Shown in pieces: positions 21,846 through 31,627 of a stretch of 64,000 bases of DNA. The DNA comes from Polyangiaceae bacterium (GTDB taxonomy: Bacteria; Myxococcota_A; Polyangia; Polyangiales; Polyangiaceae), in assembly GCA_035063585.1 (NCBI GenBank), contig JAPSGB010000003.1, positions 32,001 to 96,000 of the forward strand, given 5' to 3'. How positions within the stretch are numbered: position 1 is the first letter of the stretch; each line of letters begins with the position of its first letter. Both the position numbers and the translations under genes were made by a program. The notes beneath the pieces are model-generated. The model did not search any database. It was not told the origin of the DNA and saw nothing but the letters and a program-made list of their open reading frames with translations.

Positions 21846-23363
21846 GTGGAGCGCGCGCCGCGGTCGATCCTCTTCGCGCTCGGCGTGCTCGCCGCGGTGG
21901 TCTTCGCGCAGGCCGGGCGGGCCGACGCGCTCCCCACGCTCTCCGGTCGATGGTCCGCGACCGCGATGCGGGTGGCATGGAACATCGGGGACTGGGGCGA
22001 GGCGTGTGGTCCCCGCCCAGGAGGCGGCGGGGCACCGGGGGGCACCGCGACCATCGTCCAGAGCGGCGGTGAGCTCACCATCACGGGTGCTGGGCGAACC
22101 TACTCCACGGCCGAGTGCTGGGAGCAGTTCCCGGGGCTCGATCGCCGCAGCCATTCCGGCGGCCAGCGCGGCTGGAAGAGCACCTGCAAGACCGCCGCCA
22201 ACGATCCTCGTCAAGCTACCGTCGTTACCACCATCAGCGCCACCGACTCGACCATCAGCTTCGACGAGACCGGCCAATATCAGTTCCTGATCAACGGTCA
22301 GAACTGCACCGCCAGCGTGCGGCGGAGCCGCTCCTTCCGCTTGATTCAGCGCCAAGGCGAGCCCGCCCCGGCGGCGCCGAGCGCGTCGCCCGCGGCGCCG
22401 AGCGCGACGCCGCCGATAGCATCGCTGGCTCGTCCCGCGCCCGAGCCGAAGCCGCGTGCGTGCGCGGAGCCGGGGCCGCCGGCGCGCCTCGAGGTGCGCC
22501 CCTCGCGGAAGCTCATGCGTCCCGGTGACGAGTTCACCTTCAGGAGCGCGGTCCTCGACGCTACCGGATGCGCGCTCACCACGCCGCCCACCTGGCACCT
22601 CGCGACCGCCGGTGCGCCCGCCCGGCTGCTCGGTCCCGGTCGGCTCCGCGTCGACGACGACGCTGGAGAGAGCGAGTTCACGCTGAGCGCAGTCGTCGCC
22701 GGCCGCGCCGCCAACGTGGTCGTCGAGGTCGCTTCCAAGGAGCGGTACGACGCGCTGCTCCGCCATGGCGGCTTCGATGACTCCGGTGAGTCGGGCGAGG
22801 CGGCGGTGGCGGTGATCGCCTCCGGCTCGATTGGCGCTCGCGACGCCCGGGCGGTCGACGACGCGCGCGCGCGGCGGCAGCTCTTCATCGGCGTGGTCGG
22901 CGGAGCGTCGCTGCTCCTCGGCCTCACCGGCCTCGCGCTGGTGCTGCGCCGGCGGAAGGCTCCGCTCGAACCGCCACCGGAGGATGAGCTGCCCGCGCGG
23001 GCGCCCGCGCTGCTGGGAGAGCAGGCGGCGGTTGGCCCCATGGTTTGCCCCACCTGCCGCGAGGAGTACGCCGCGGGCGCGGGGTTCTGCGCGGCCGACG
23101 GCAATCGACTCGTGCCGTTCGATGAGGACGCCGGGGCGCGCGGGCCCACCGGCGGGGTGTGCCCGGTCTGCGGGCAGGGCTTCGACCCGGGCATCGACGC
23201 GTGCCCCGAGCACGACGAGCAGCTGGTGCCGGTGGCGGTATATCGCGCTCGGCGCGTGGCGGCGGCGACGACTCACACCATCTGCCCGATGTGTGGCACG
23301 CAGTATCCGGGCGACGCGAAGTTCTGCGGGAAGGACGGCGCCACGCTCTTGCCCTTGAACTGA
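21846..23363 (+). CDS. Single-pass membrane protein with three C-terminal zinc ribbons
   Basis: Signal peptide; beta-rich extracytoplasmic domains; TM followed by RRRK; CPTC..CAADG, CPVC..CPEHD, CPMC..CGKDG. Confidence 0.82.
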   Translation: MERAPRSILFALGVLAAVVFAQAGRADALPTLSGRWSATAMRVAWNIGDWGEACGPRPGGGGAPGGTATIVQSGGELTITGAGRTYSTAECWEQFPGLDRRSHSGGQRGWKSTCKTAANDPRQATVVTTISATDSTISFDETGQYQFLINGQNCTASVRRSRSFRLIQRQGEPAPAAPSASPAAPSATPPIASLARPAPEPKPRACAEPGPPARLEVRPSRKLMRPGDEFTFRSAVLDATGCALTTPPTWHLATAGAPARLLGPGRLRVDDDAGESEFTLSAVVAGRAANVVVEVASKERYDALLRHGGFDDSGESGEAAVAVIASGSIGARDARAVDDARARRQLFIGVVGGASLLLGLTGLALVLRRRKAPLEPPPEDELPARAPALLGEQAAVGPMVCPTCREEYAAGAGFCAADGNRLVPFDEDAGARGPTGGVCPVCGQGFDPGIDACPEHDEQLVPVAVYRARRVAAATTHTICPMCGTQYPGDAKFCGKDGATLLPLN

Positions 23364-23399
23364 CGTCCGCGAGGCCCGCCCGAGGCCCGTGAGCCCGGG

Positions 23400-23445
23400 T
23401 TCTCGCGCGAGAAGTGGGCTTCCGCGCGGAGTTCTCTGCTAGAAT
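23400..23445 (+). promoter_or_regulatory. Extended -10 element with an upstream 14-bp palindrome
   Basis: TTCTCGCGCGAGAA (23400-23413); TGcTAGAAT (23437-23445); AGGAG before the ATG at 23495. Confidence 0.5.
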
Positions 23446-23494
23446 GGCTCGCCGCCTCACGGCTCGTGGAGTCGACCTAGGAGAGAAGTAGCCG

Positions 23495-25126
23495 ATGAAG
23501 ATCACCTGCCAAGCGTGTGGCGCAAAATATGCGATCGCGGACGACAAGGTCCGCGGCAGGAAGGTCAAGGTCCGTTGCAAGGGCTGCAGCGCACCCATCG
23601 TCGTCGACGGCACGGTGCCCGAGCCCGTCGACGATTCGGCGAGCGCCGCGGACGAGGACGAGGCGACTCGCGTGGTGGATACCCGAGGGATGTTCGGGTC
23701 CCAGCCGGCTCCCGCGGCCGACGCCTGGTCGGTGAACCTCAGCGACACCGAGCAGCGCACCATGACGACCGAGGAGCTCGTCGCCGCTCATCGCGACGGA
23801 GCCCTCGGGCAGGACGCCTTCGTGTGGAAGGACGGCATGGCGGACTGGCTGCCGCTCCTCGAGGTGCCCGAACTCGCCGCGGCGCTCGGCGCCGCGCGCG
23901 CTCCAGCCGCCGCGGCGTTCGCGCCGCCCCCCGCGCCCGCGTTCGCGCCGCCCCCCGCGCCCGCGTTCGCGCCGCCTACTTCGGCGGCGCGCGTCAGCGG
24001 AGGCCGCGCCGGTGGCGGTCAAGATCTGTTCGGGAACATCGACTCGGCCGGCAGCGAGCACGACGCGCCCGCGGCCGCGCCGTCGACGCCGGGGAGCCAC
24101 GCATACGACGACAAGCCGACCGGGGCTCGGAACGAGAATTCCGTGCTCTTCTCCCTGGACGCGCTGAAGGCCGGGGTGTCCGCTCCTCGTTCGCCGGGGG
24201 CGCCGCCCCCGCGAGCCGCCTCCACGGGCGGCAGCGCGAGCTTCGACGATCTGATGAACCTCGGCGGAGGCGGCGGCGGGGCCATCTTCGGACTCGGCGC
24301 GAACCAGGCGCTGCTCACCGCGCCACCACCTCCCGAGCCGGAGCCTCCGCCCGCGGCGGCGAGCGTGCCGCCGTCCTGGCAGGCGGGGAGCGTCGCGCCC
24401 GCGGCGCCGGCCTCCAAGAACAAGCGCATCGTCATCATCGGCGTGGCGGTCGCGGCGCTCGTAGCGTTGGGGGTTGGGCTCGGCTCCCTGCTCGGTGGCA
24501 AGAAGTCGGAGCCGGTCGCGGCGAACGACGCCACCGCGAGCGCCAACGACAAGCCCGGGAGCGGCTCCGACAAGAAGGACGACTCGGCCCCGGCCGCCGG
24601 GGACAAGAAGGACGACTCGGCCCCGGCCGCCGGGGACAAGAAAGACGACTCGGCTCCGGCGGGGGACGGCAAGGGCGACGCCGCCGCAGCAGCGGGAGAC
24701 AAGGACGACCCCAAGGCACCGGTCAGCGACGAAGACAAGAAGCGCTACTTCGAGGCGCAGAAGAAGAACGCGGAGAAGTCGGCCGCCGACGCCAAGGAAG
24801 AGCCGAAGAAGGCGGATGACAAGGTAGCCGTCAAGGAGAACCCGTCATCGGGCCTCGCGAGCTTCGACAAGGGCGCGGCCATCTCGGCGCTGAGCTCCGC
24901 GGCCTCGGCGGCGACGGGCTGCAAGCGCCCCGACGGCCCCACGGGAACCGGCCGCGCGGTGGTGACGTTCGCGCCGAGCGGGCGAGTCACGAGCGCCAAC
25001 GTGAGCGGAGGCGAGTTCGGCGGCAGCTCGGTGGGCGGCTGCGTTGCCTCCGTCTTCCGGCGGGCTCATGTCCCTCCGTTCAGCGGCAACTCGGTGACGG
25101 TCTCGAAGAGCTTCACGATCCCGTAG
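23495..25126 (+). CDS. GltJ/AgmX-like protein: MJ0042 zinc ribbon, GYF_2, TM, TonB_C-like domain
   Basis: MKITCQACGAKYAIADDKVRG...CKGC; VWKDGMADWLPL; RNENSVLFSL; TM; GRAVVTFAPSGRV...VGGCVA...VPPFSG. Confidence 0.82.
   Translation: MKITCQACGAKYAIADDKVRGRKVKVRCKGCSAPIVVDGTVPEPVDDSASAADEDEATRVVDTRGMFGSQPAPAADAWSVNLSDTEQRTMTTEELVAAHRDGALGQDAFVWKDGMADWLPLLEVPELAAALGAARAPAAAAFAPPPAPAFAPPPAPAFAPPTSAARVSGGRAGGGQDLFGNIDSAGSEHDAPAAAPSTPGSHAYDDKPTGARNENSVLFSLDALKAGVSAPRSPGAPPPRAASTGGSASFDDLMNLGGGGGGAIFGLGANQALLTAPPPPEPEPPPAAASVPPSWQAGSVAPAAPASKNKRIVIIGVAVAALVALGVGLGSLLGGKKSEPVAANDATASANDKPGSGSDKKDDSAPAAGDKKDDSAPAAGDKKDDSAPAGDGKGDAAAAAGDKDDPKAPVSDEDKKRYFEAQKKNAEKSAADAKEEPKKADDKVAVKENPSSGLASFDKGAAISALSSAASAATGCKRPDGPTGTGRAVVTFAPSGRVTSANVSGGEFGGSSVGGCVASVFRRAHVPPFSGNSVTVSKSFTIP
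23915..23976 (+). repeat. 24-bp coding tandem repeat, about 2.5 copies (AFAPPPAP)
   Basis: gcgttcgcgccgccccccgcgccc at 23915, 23939 and 23963 (partial). Confidence 0.9.
24569..24663 (+). repeat. 33-bp coding tandem repeat, about 3 copies (DKKDDSAPAAG)
   Basis: gacaagaaggacgactcggccccggccgccggg at 24569 and 24602, degenerate copy at 24635. Confidence 0.92.
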
Positions 25127-27287
25127 CGAGCGCCGAGCGGAGCCGCTCGGCGAGGCTCGTCATCCGCTCTTCTCGTCGGGTCTCCGCGAGCGCCAGCGCG
25201 AGCGCGCGCGGATCGGCCACCAGCACGCAGAGCCGCTTGGCGCGAGTGATCGCGGTATAAAGCAGGTTCCGCGACAGCATCACGAAATGCGTGGTGAGGA
25301 GCGGGATGACGACCGCCGGGTACTCGCTGCCTTGCGACTTGTGGATGCTCGTCGCGTAGGAGAGGACGAGCGACTCGAGCGCCGCGTCGTGATACTCGAC
25401 GCGCCTGCCGTCGAACCGCACCGCGAGCTTGCGCGCCTCCGCTTCCACGCTCTCCACGATGCCGATGTCGCCGTTGTAGGTCTCGCGTTCGTAGTCGTTA
25501 CGCGTCTGCATGACCTTGTCCCCGACGCGTAGGGTCTGACCGCGCACCTCGAGCGCCGGCCCCTCGGGGTTCAGCGCCGCCTGGAGCGCGGCGTTCAGCC
25601 CGATCGTGCCCGCCGCGCCGCGGTGCATCGGGGTCAGCACCTGGATGTCGCTCGCCGGGCTCAGGCCGAAGCGGCGCGGGATCCGTGAGGTGACGAGCTC
25701 GAGGATGACCGCCGCGGCCTCGTCGGGCTCCCTCCTCTTGATCACGAAGAAATCCGCGTCCGGGTCGTCGGCGTTCGCGCTCTCCGGCATCTCTCCGTGG
25801 AGGACGCGGTGCGCGCCGGTCACGATGCGGCTCGCTTGCCCCTGACGAAAGATCTCGTCGAGACGCACCACCGGGACGACCTCGCTGCTCACGAGATCGC
25901 GCAGGAGCGCGCCCGGGCCGACCGAAGGGAGCTGATCGGCGTCACCCACCACGACCAGGCGCGCCGCCGCCGCCAGCGCGTCGAAGAGCGCCGCGCCGAG
26001 CTCGACGTCGATCATGGACGCCTCGTCGAGGATGAGCGCGTCGGTGTCGAGAGGGTGCTCGGCGTCTCGCTGGAAGCGCCCGGAGCGTGGGTCGAAGTCG
26101 AGCAGGCGGTGGATGGTCGAGGCCTCGCGCCGGGTGGCCTCGGCCATCCGCTTGGCGGCGCGCCCGGTGGGCGCGGCCAGTCGCACCGTCAGTCGCGCTC
26201 GCTCGAAGACGCCGAGGATGGCGCGGACGATGGTGGTCTTTCCCACGCCGGGACCGCCGGTGACCACCACCACTTTTTGCTCCGCCGCCGCCTCGACCGC
26301 GCGCCGCTGCTGCGGCGCGAGCTCGATGCCGGCGGCACGCTCGAACGCGGAGATCGTCCCGGCCAGTCCGGGGAGATCGTGGCCCGGGCTCGCGAGCAGC
26401 GTGGCGAGCCCCGCCGCGATCCGCCGCTCGGCCGCGTCGAGCCGCGCCAGGTACACGCGCGCGGGCTCGCCTCGCTCGATGGCCACGCGCTCTGCCGCCC
26501 AGAGCGCGTCGATCGCCGCCTCCACGTGCTCGGGCCCGATCTCGAGCATGGCCGCCGCGCGCTCGACGAGGAGCGGGCGCGGACACGCCACGTGGCCCTG
26601 ATCCGCGAGCATGCCGAGCTCGTGCAGCACGCCGGCCTGCGCGCGATCCGGGTGGTCGCCCGCGATCCCGAGCGAGCGCGCCAGACGATCAGCGGTCTTG
26701 AACCCGATCCCGCGGACCTCGAGCGCGAGCTTGTACGGTGACCGCTGGACGACGGACGCCGAGCGAGCGCCGTAGCGTTCATGGATCCGCGCCGCGAGCG
26801 CCGGAGACGCGCCGTGGGTCTGCAACAGGAGCATGATGGCGTTCATCTCCCGCCGCTCCGACCACACCGCGGCGATCTCGCGCGCCTGTTTGCGACTGAT
26901 CCCCTTCACCTCCGCCAGGCGCTCGGGCGATTCGTCGAGGATGGCGAGCGTATCGAGCTGGAATGCGCGAACGATGCTGCGCGCTCGCGACGGACCGACC
27001 CCCGGGATGAGGCCCGAGCCGAGGTACTTCTCGAGCCCGGCGAGGGTGGCGGGAGCCACCGGTACCAGCGTGTCGGCGCGGAATTGCTCGCCGTGGCGCG
27101 GGTCGTCGACGAAGTCGCCCGTGACCCGCACGCGGGCGCCGGGCCCGACCGCCTGGAACGTCCCGACCACCGCGAGCGTGCCCGGGCGCCGCGCGCCGTC
27201 GATCGAGCCGAGCTTGATGACGCGGAAGCTCGTCTCCTCGTTCTCGAAGGTGACCCGCTCGACCTCGCCGGTGATCGTGGTCGTCAC
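25113..27287 (-). CDS. recD2: ATP-dependent RecD-like DNA helicase
   Basis: N-terminal GEVERVTFENEE; HhH IPGVGP and VRGIGFKTAD; GGPGVGKTT; DEASM; GDADQLPSVGPG; YATSIHKSQGSEY. Confidence 0.93.
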   Translation of the reverse strand: MTTTITGEVERVTFENEETSFRVIKLGSIDGARRPGTLAVVGTFQAVGPGARVRVTGDFVDDPRHGEQFRADTLVPVAPATLAGLEKYLGSGLIPGVGPSRARSIVRAFQLDTLAILDESPERLAEVKGISRKQAREIAAVWSERREMNAIMLLLQTHGASPALAARIHERYGARSASVVQRSPYKLALEVRGIGFKTADRLARSLGIAGDHPDRAQAGVLHELGMLADQGHVACPRPLLVERAAAMLEIGPEHVEAAIDALWAAERVAIERGEPARVYLARLDAAERRIAAGLATLLASPGHDLPGLAGTISAFERAAGIELAPQQRRAVEAAAEQKVVVVTGGPGVGKTTIVRAILGVFERARLTVRLAAPTGRAAKRMAEATRREASTIHRLLDFDPRSGRFQRDAEHPLDTDALILDEASMIDVELGAALFDALAAAARLVVVGDADQLPSVGPGALLRDLVSSEVVPVVRLDEIFRQGQASRIVTGAHRVLHGEMPESANADDPDADFFVIKRREPDEAAAVILELVTSRIPRRFGLSPASDIQVLTPMHRGAAGTIGLNAALQAALNPEGPALEVRGQTLRVGDKVMQTRNDYERETYNGDIGIVESVEAEARKLAVRFDGRRVEYHDAALESLVLSYATSIHKSQGSEYPAVVIPLLTTHFVMLSRNLLYTAITRAKRLCVLVADPRALALALAETRREERMTSLAERLRSALATGS

Positions 27288-27402
27288 GGCTCGCAATCTA
27301 TCATCGCGGTCGGAGCCTGGTGAAACGCCGGCCCCCGGCCCAGCGAGCTGCTCGTCCGGTTGGTGCTTGCGGCGCGCCCGCGACTTGGGCGACGATCGCC
27401 GC

Positions 27403-28896
27403 ATGAACCGCCTCATCGCGCCGGCCGTGACCGCCTCTCTCCTCTTCACGGGAGCCCTCGCGAGCGCCGCGACGCTCACCGTCGGGCCGGGGCAGACGTA
27501 CCCGAAGCCCTGCGCGGCGTTCGCCGCAGCTCAAGATGGCGACACCATCGAGATTGCCGCCGCCGGCAACTACGACGGAGACGTCTGCTCCATTCAACGT
27601 AACCGCCTCACCATCCGCGGAGTGGGCGGCCTCGCCAAGATCGACGCGGCCGGCAAGAACGCGGGCGGCAAGGCTATTTGGGTCATCACCGGGAACGACA
27701 CGACCGTCGAGAACATCGAATTCTCCGGCGCCACCGTCCCCGACGAGAACGGCGCCGGGATCCGCCAAGAGGGCGCAAACCTCACCGTGCGCGGCTGCTA
27801 TTTCCACGACAACGAGAACGGCATCCTCGCGGGCAACAGCCCGAACAGCACCATCCTCATCGAGCGCTCCGAGTTCAACCATAACGGACACGGCGACGGG
27901 CAGACGCACAACCTCTACATCAACCACGTCGCGAAATTCATCTTCCGCTACAACTGGTCGCACCGAGCCAGCATCGGCCACCTCGTGAAGTCGCGCGCCG
28001 CGGAGACGCACATCCTCTATAACCGCCTCACCGGCGAGAGCGACGGCACGCAGAGCTACGAGATCGACGTGCCGAACGGCGGGCGGACCTACGTCATCGG
28101 AAATCTGGTCCAGCAAGGCCCGCAGACCGACAACTCGAGCATGCTCGCGTATCGCGAAGAGGGGCCGCACGCCGATAACCCGAGCGACGCGCTCTTCGTC
28201 ATCAACAACACCTTCGTGAACGAGCGTGGCAGCGGAGGGACGTTCGTGCGGATCGGCGGCAGCACGACCACGCCCGCGGTGCTCAGGAACAACGTCTTCC
28301 AAGGCCCTGGCACGATCACGGATCAGGCCTCGGCGCAGCTCGACCACAACTACTCTGGCGCGACCACGTGCCTCGTCGACGCGGCGAGCTTCGACTACCG
28401 CCTGGTCGCGGGCACCCCGTGCGTGGACGGCGGCGCGGATCCGGGCTCGGACGGCGCGATGTCGCTCATGCCTGCCTTCGAGTACCTGCATCCGATGAAT
28501 GCCGCGTCGCGCGTGAACGCCGGCGCGGTGGACATCGGCGCCTATGAGCTCGGCGGGCCGGGAGGTTCTGGCGGTGCCGGGGGTGCGGGAGGCTCGGGCG
28601 GGGGCTCTGCAGGGGCTGGGGGTCAGGGCGGCGCGGCCGGCGGCGCGGGCGGGAGCGGCGCGGGAGCGCCAGGCAGCGGCGGCAGCGGTGGCCAGCCGGG
28701 CGGCGCCGGCACGGGCACCGGCGGCGGCGCCGGCACGGGCGCCGGCGCGGGGAGCGCCGCGGGCGGCGCGCCCGCGTCCGGCGCGAGCGACGACGGTGGC
28801 TGCGGTTGCCGCGTAACGAATGACGCGGGATCCGGCTCGAAATGGGCGTTTTTCGCGCTCGCGGCCGGGCTCGCCCTGCTGCGCCGCCGTCGCTGA
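27403..28896 (+). CDS. Right-handed beta-helix protein with MYXO-CTERM
   Basis: Signal peptide; TVENIEFSGA, NGAGIR, FHDNENGIL; VDIGAYE; Gly-rich stalk; GGCGCR-TM-RRRR. Confidence 0.87.
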   Translation: MNRLIAPAVTASLLFTGALASAATLTVGPGQTYPKPCAAFAAAQDGDTIEIAAAGNYDGDVCSIQRNRLTIRGVGGLAKIDAAGKNAGGKAIWVITGNDTTVENIEFSGATVPDENGAGIRQEGANLTVRGCYFHDNENGILAGNSPNSTILIERSEFNHNGHGDGQTHNLYINHVAKFIFRYNWSHRASIGHLVKSRAAETHILYNRLTGESDGTQSYEIDVPNGGRTYVIGNLVQQGPQTDNSSMLAYREEGPHADNPSDALFVINNTFVNERGSGGTFVRIGGSTTTPAVLRNNVFQGPGTITDQASAQLDHNYSGATTCLVDAASFDYRLVAGTPCVDGGADPGSDGAMSLMPAFEYLHPMNAASRVNAGAVDIGAYELGGPGGSGGAGGAGGSGGGSAGAGGQGGAAGGAGGSGAGAPGSGGSGGQPGGAGTGTGGGAGTGAGAGSAAGGAPASGASDDGGCGCRVTNDAGSGSKWAFFALAAGLALLRRRR

Positions 28897-29023
28897 CGGC
28901 GCGCTCCGCGAGCCGCCGCGAGGGCGTCGAGCGGCCCTTCGTCTCGGGCGGTTCCGCGCCGCACCGACCACTAGAATCCCTTGCCAGAGCCCGCGTGCGC
29001 GGGCTACCCGGGAGATCCGCTTC

Positions 29024-31627
29024 ATGACCACCTCGCACCGTCTGCACGCACGCTGCTCGGCCGCCGGAGCCGGGTCGCCGTTCACCCTGAGCGGGACCGA
29101 GCGAAAATACGAGCGCTCGCGTCCCTTCACGATCTCGCACCTCGCGCTCGAGCTGACCCTCGATTTCCCGCGCAAGAGCGTGGCCGGCGTGGCCACCATC
29201 GAGTTCGAGCGCGTCTCCGCCGACGAGCGCCAGTTCGAGCTCGACGCGGTCGGCTTCGAGCTCTCACGCGTGGAGCTCCACGCGGGCAAGGGATGGGAGC
29301 GAGCCAGCTACGAGTACGACGGTGACCGGCTCAGGGTGAGCGTCCCTGCGAGAGTGAAGCGCGGGCGCGTGCGCGTGCGCTATCGCGCGACGCCGCGGCG
29401 CGGGATGTATTTCCTCGCGCCCGACGAGCAGGTGAAGGACCGCCCCGTGCAGGTGTGGACGCAGTGCCAAGACGAGGACGCGCGCCACTTCATGCCGTGC
29501 CACGACAAGCCACACGTCAAGATGACGACCGAGCTCATCGCGCATGTGCCGGCGGGCTTCACGGTGCTCTCGAACGGCGAGCTCGCGCGGCGCGACACGC
29601 CGCGCGGCAAGAAGCCGTGGACGTATCACTTCAAGATGAACGAACCGCACCCGAGCTACCTCATGACGCTGGTGGCCGGGCACTTCGACGTCATCGAGGA
29701 TCGCGCGGCGCGCGTGGGCGTGCCGGCGCGCGAGATCCCGGTCACCTATTACGTGCCGCCGGGCAAGAAGGCCGACGGCGCGCGCAGCTTCGGCGAGACG
29801 CCGCGCATGATCGAGCTCTTCTCGCGGCTCACCGGGATCCCGTTCCCGTGGAGCCGCTACTCGCAGATCGTGGTGAGCGACTTCATCTTCGGCGGGATGG
29901 AGAACACCACCGCGACCACCATGTACGAGTACGTGCTGCTCGACGCGCGCGCGGCGCTCGACGCCTCGAGCGCCGATCTCGTCGCGCACGAGCTCGCGCA
30001 CCAGTGGTTCGGTGACCACGTCACCTGCCGCGACTGGTCGCACGCCTGGCTGAACGAGGGGTTCGCGACCTTCTTCGAGCATCTGGAGCGGGAGGACCGC
30101 CTCGGTCGCGACGAGTACGACTACGGGCTCCACGGCGATCTCGCCGCGTACCTCGGCGAGGCGAGCGGCCGTTACCGGCGCGCCATCGTGTGCCGCGACT
30201 ACGAGCATCCGATCGATTTGTTCGATCGCCACCTCTATGAGAAGGGCGGGCTGGTCCTCCACATGCTGCGCCGTGAGCTCGGCGACGAGGTGTTCTGGCG
30301 CGGGATCCACGCGTACCTCTCCGGCCACGCCGGCGGAATCGTCGAGACGAACGACCTCATGCGCGCCCTCGAAGGAGTCAGCGGACGCTCGCTCGAGCGC
30401 TTCTTCGACCAGTGGGTGTACCGCCCGGGCCACCCCGAGCTCAGGGTCCAGATCTCGTATGAGCACGGCCTCCTCTCCGTCTCGGTGAAGCAGACGCAAG
30501 CGAGCGGTGAGACGGCCGTGTTCGCCTTCCCGCTCGAGATCGAGCTCGCCGATCACGCCGGCAAGACGCGTCGCTTCTCCAAGGAGGTGACGTCGGCGAA
30601 CGACGCGCTCGTGCTCAAGCTCGGCGAGCGCCCGCTGTGGGTCGCCTTCGACCCCGACTCGCGCGTCATGGGCGAGGTGACGCTGGAGGTCCCGGCGGAC
30701 CTCTTGCGCGCGCAGCTCGAGCGGGGAACTACCGCGCGGGAGCGCTGGGCCGCGGCCGAGGCGCTCGCCAAGCGCGACGACGCGCCGACCGTGGCCGCGC
30801 TCGCCCAGGCCCTTGGAAATCGCAAGGAAGCCTGGATGGTGCGCGCGGAGGCGGCCCACGCGCTCGGTCGAATCAAGGGCGCGGAGGCCTTCGCGGCGCT
30901 CCGCGCGGAGCTCGGCGATCCGCACCCGAAGGTCCGGCGCGCGGCGGCGTCTGCGCTCGGTAACTTCCGCAGCCCGGCCGCGGCCGAGGCGCTCGCCCCG
31001 CTGGTCAAGAAGGATCCGAGCTACCTGGTGGAAGCGGAGGCCTCGCGCGCGCTCGGCCGGACGCGGCAACCGGCCGCCTTGAAGGCGCTGCTCGGCGGCC
31101 TCGACCGCGCCTCGTGGGCGGACGTGATCCGCGCCGGCACGCTCGACGGACTCTCGGCGCTGCGCGACGAGCGCGCGGTACCGGAGGTGCTCGAGCGCTC
31201 GCGGTACGGCGTGCCGACGCGCGGTCGCCGCGCAGCGATCGCCGCGCTCGCAGAGCTCTCGACCGAGCGGAAGGTCCGCGAGCACCTCGAGCTGCTCCTC
31301 GACGACCACGATCCATACCTCCGCATCGACGTGGTCCGGGCGCTCGAGTCGATGGGGGACGCGAAGGCGCTCGGCGCGCTCCGCCGCGCGCTCGCGCGCG
31401 AGCTCGATGGGCGCGTCGCTCGCCGGATCCGCGAGGCGCTCCGCAGCATGTCCGACGGCGGCGCCGCCGACCAGAAGCGAGTCAAGGACGAGCTCGAGAC
31501 GCTGCGCGGCGAGCTCACCGAGCTCAAGGCCCGCCTCGGCAAGCTCGAGGGCTCCGGACCGGCAGCGAAGTCGCCCCGAAAGGCCGCGACCGGCCGCGGC
31601 GCGTCCGCCCGAGGGGCGAGGTCATGA
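29024..31627 (+). CDS. M1-family aminopeptidase with C-terminal HEAT repeats and coiled coil
   Basis: GGMEN, HELAHQWFG...WLNEGFA, YEKGG; VRxxAAxALG repeats; TAGAAT at 28972 upstream. Confidence 0.92.
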   Translation: MTTSHRLHARCSAAGAGSPFTLSGTERKYERSRPFTISHLALELTLDFPRKSVAGVATIEFERVSADERQFELDAVGFELSRVELHAGKGWERASYEYDGDRLRVSVPARVKRGRVRVRYRATPRRGMYFLAPDEQVKDRPVQVWTQCQDEDARHFMPCHDKPHVKMTTELIAHVPAGFTVLSNGELARRDTPRGKKPWTYHFKMNEPHPSYLMTLVAGHFDVIEDRAARVGVPAREIPVTYYVPPGKKADGARSFGETPRMIELFSRLTGIPFPWSRYSQIVVSDFIFGGMENTTATTMYEYVLLDARAALDASSADLVAHELAHQWFGDHVTCRDWSHAWLNEGFATFFEHLEREDRLGRDEYDYGLHGDLAAYLGEASGRYRRAIVCRDYEHPIDLFDRHLYEKGGLVLHMLRRELGDEVFWRGIHAYLSGHAGGIVETNDLMRALEGVSGRSLERFFDQWVYRPGHPELRVQISYEHGLLSVSVKQTQASGETAVFAFPLEIELADHAGKTRRFSKEVTSANDALVLKLGERPLWVAFDPDSRVMGEVTLEVPADLLRAQLERGTTARERWAAAEALAKRDDAPTVAALAQALGNRKEAWMVRAEAAHALGRIKGAEAFAALRAELGDPHPKVRRAAASALGNFRSPAAAEALAPLVKKDPSYLVEAEASRALGRTRQPAALKALLGGLDRASWADVIRAGTLDGLSALRDERAVPEVLERSRYGVPTRGRRAAIAALAELSTERKVREHLELLLDDHDPYLRIDVVRALESMGDAKALGALRRALARELDGRVARRIREALRSMSDGGAADQKRVKDELETLRGELTELKARLGKLEGSGPAAKSPRKAATGRGASARGARS

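Noticed and set aside
26833..27479. Apparent head-to-head overlap of recD2 and the beta-helix gene
   Set aside because: Artefact of longest-ORF starts; starts at 27287(-) and 27403(+) fit the family N-terminus and a signal peptide
27720..28366. SGAT motifs in the 27403 protein as ApbE flavinylation sites
   Set aside because: FSGAT and DHNYSGAT do not fit Dxx(S/T)GA(S/T) spacing and lie in a beta-helix context, not an FMN-binding domain
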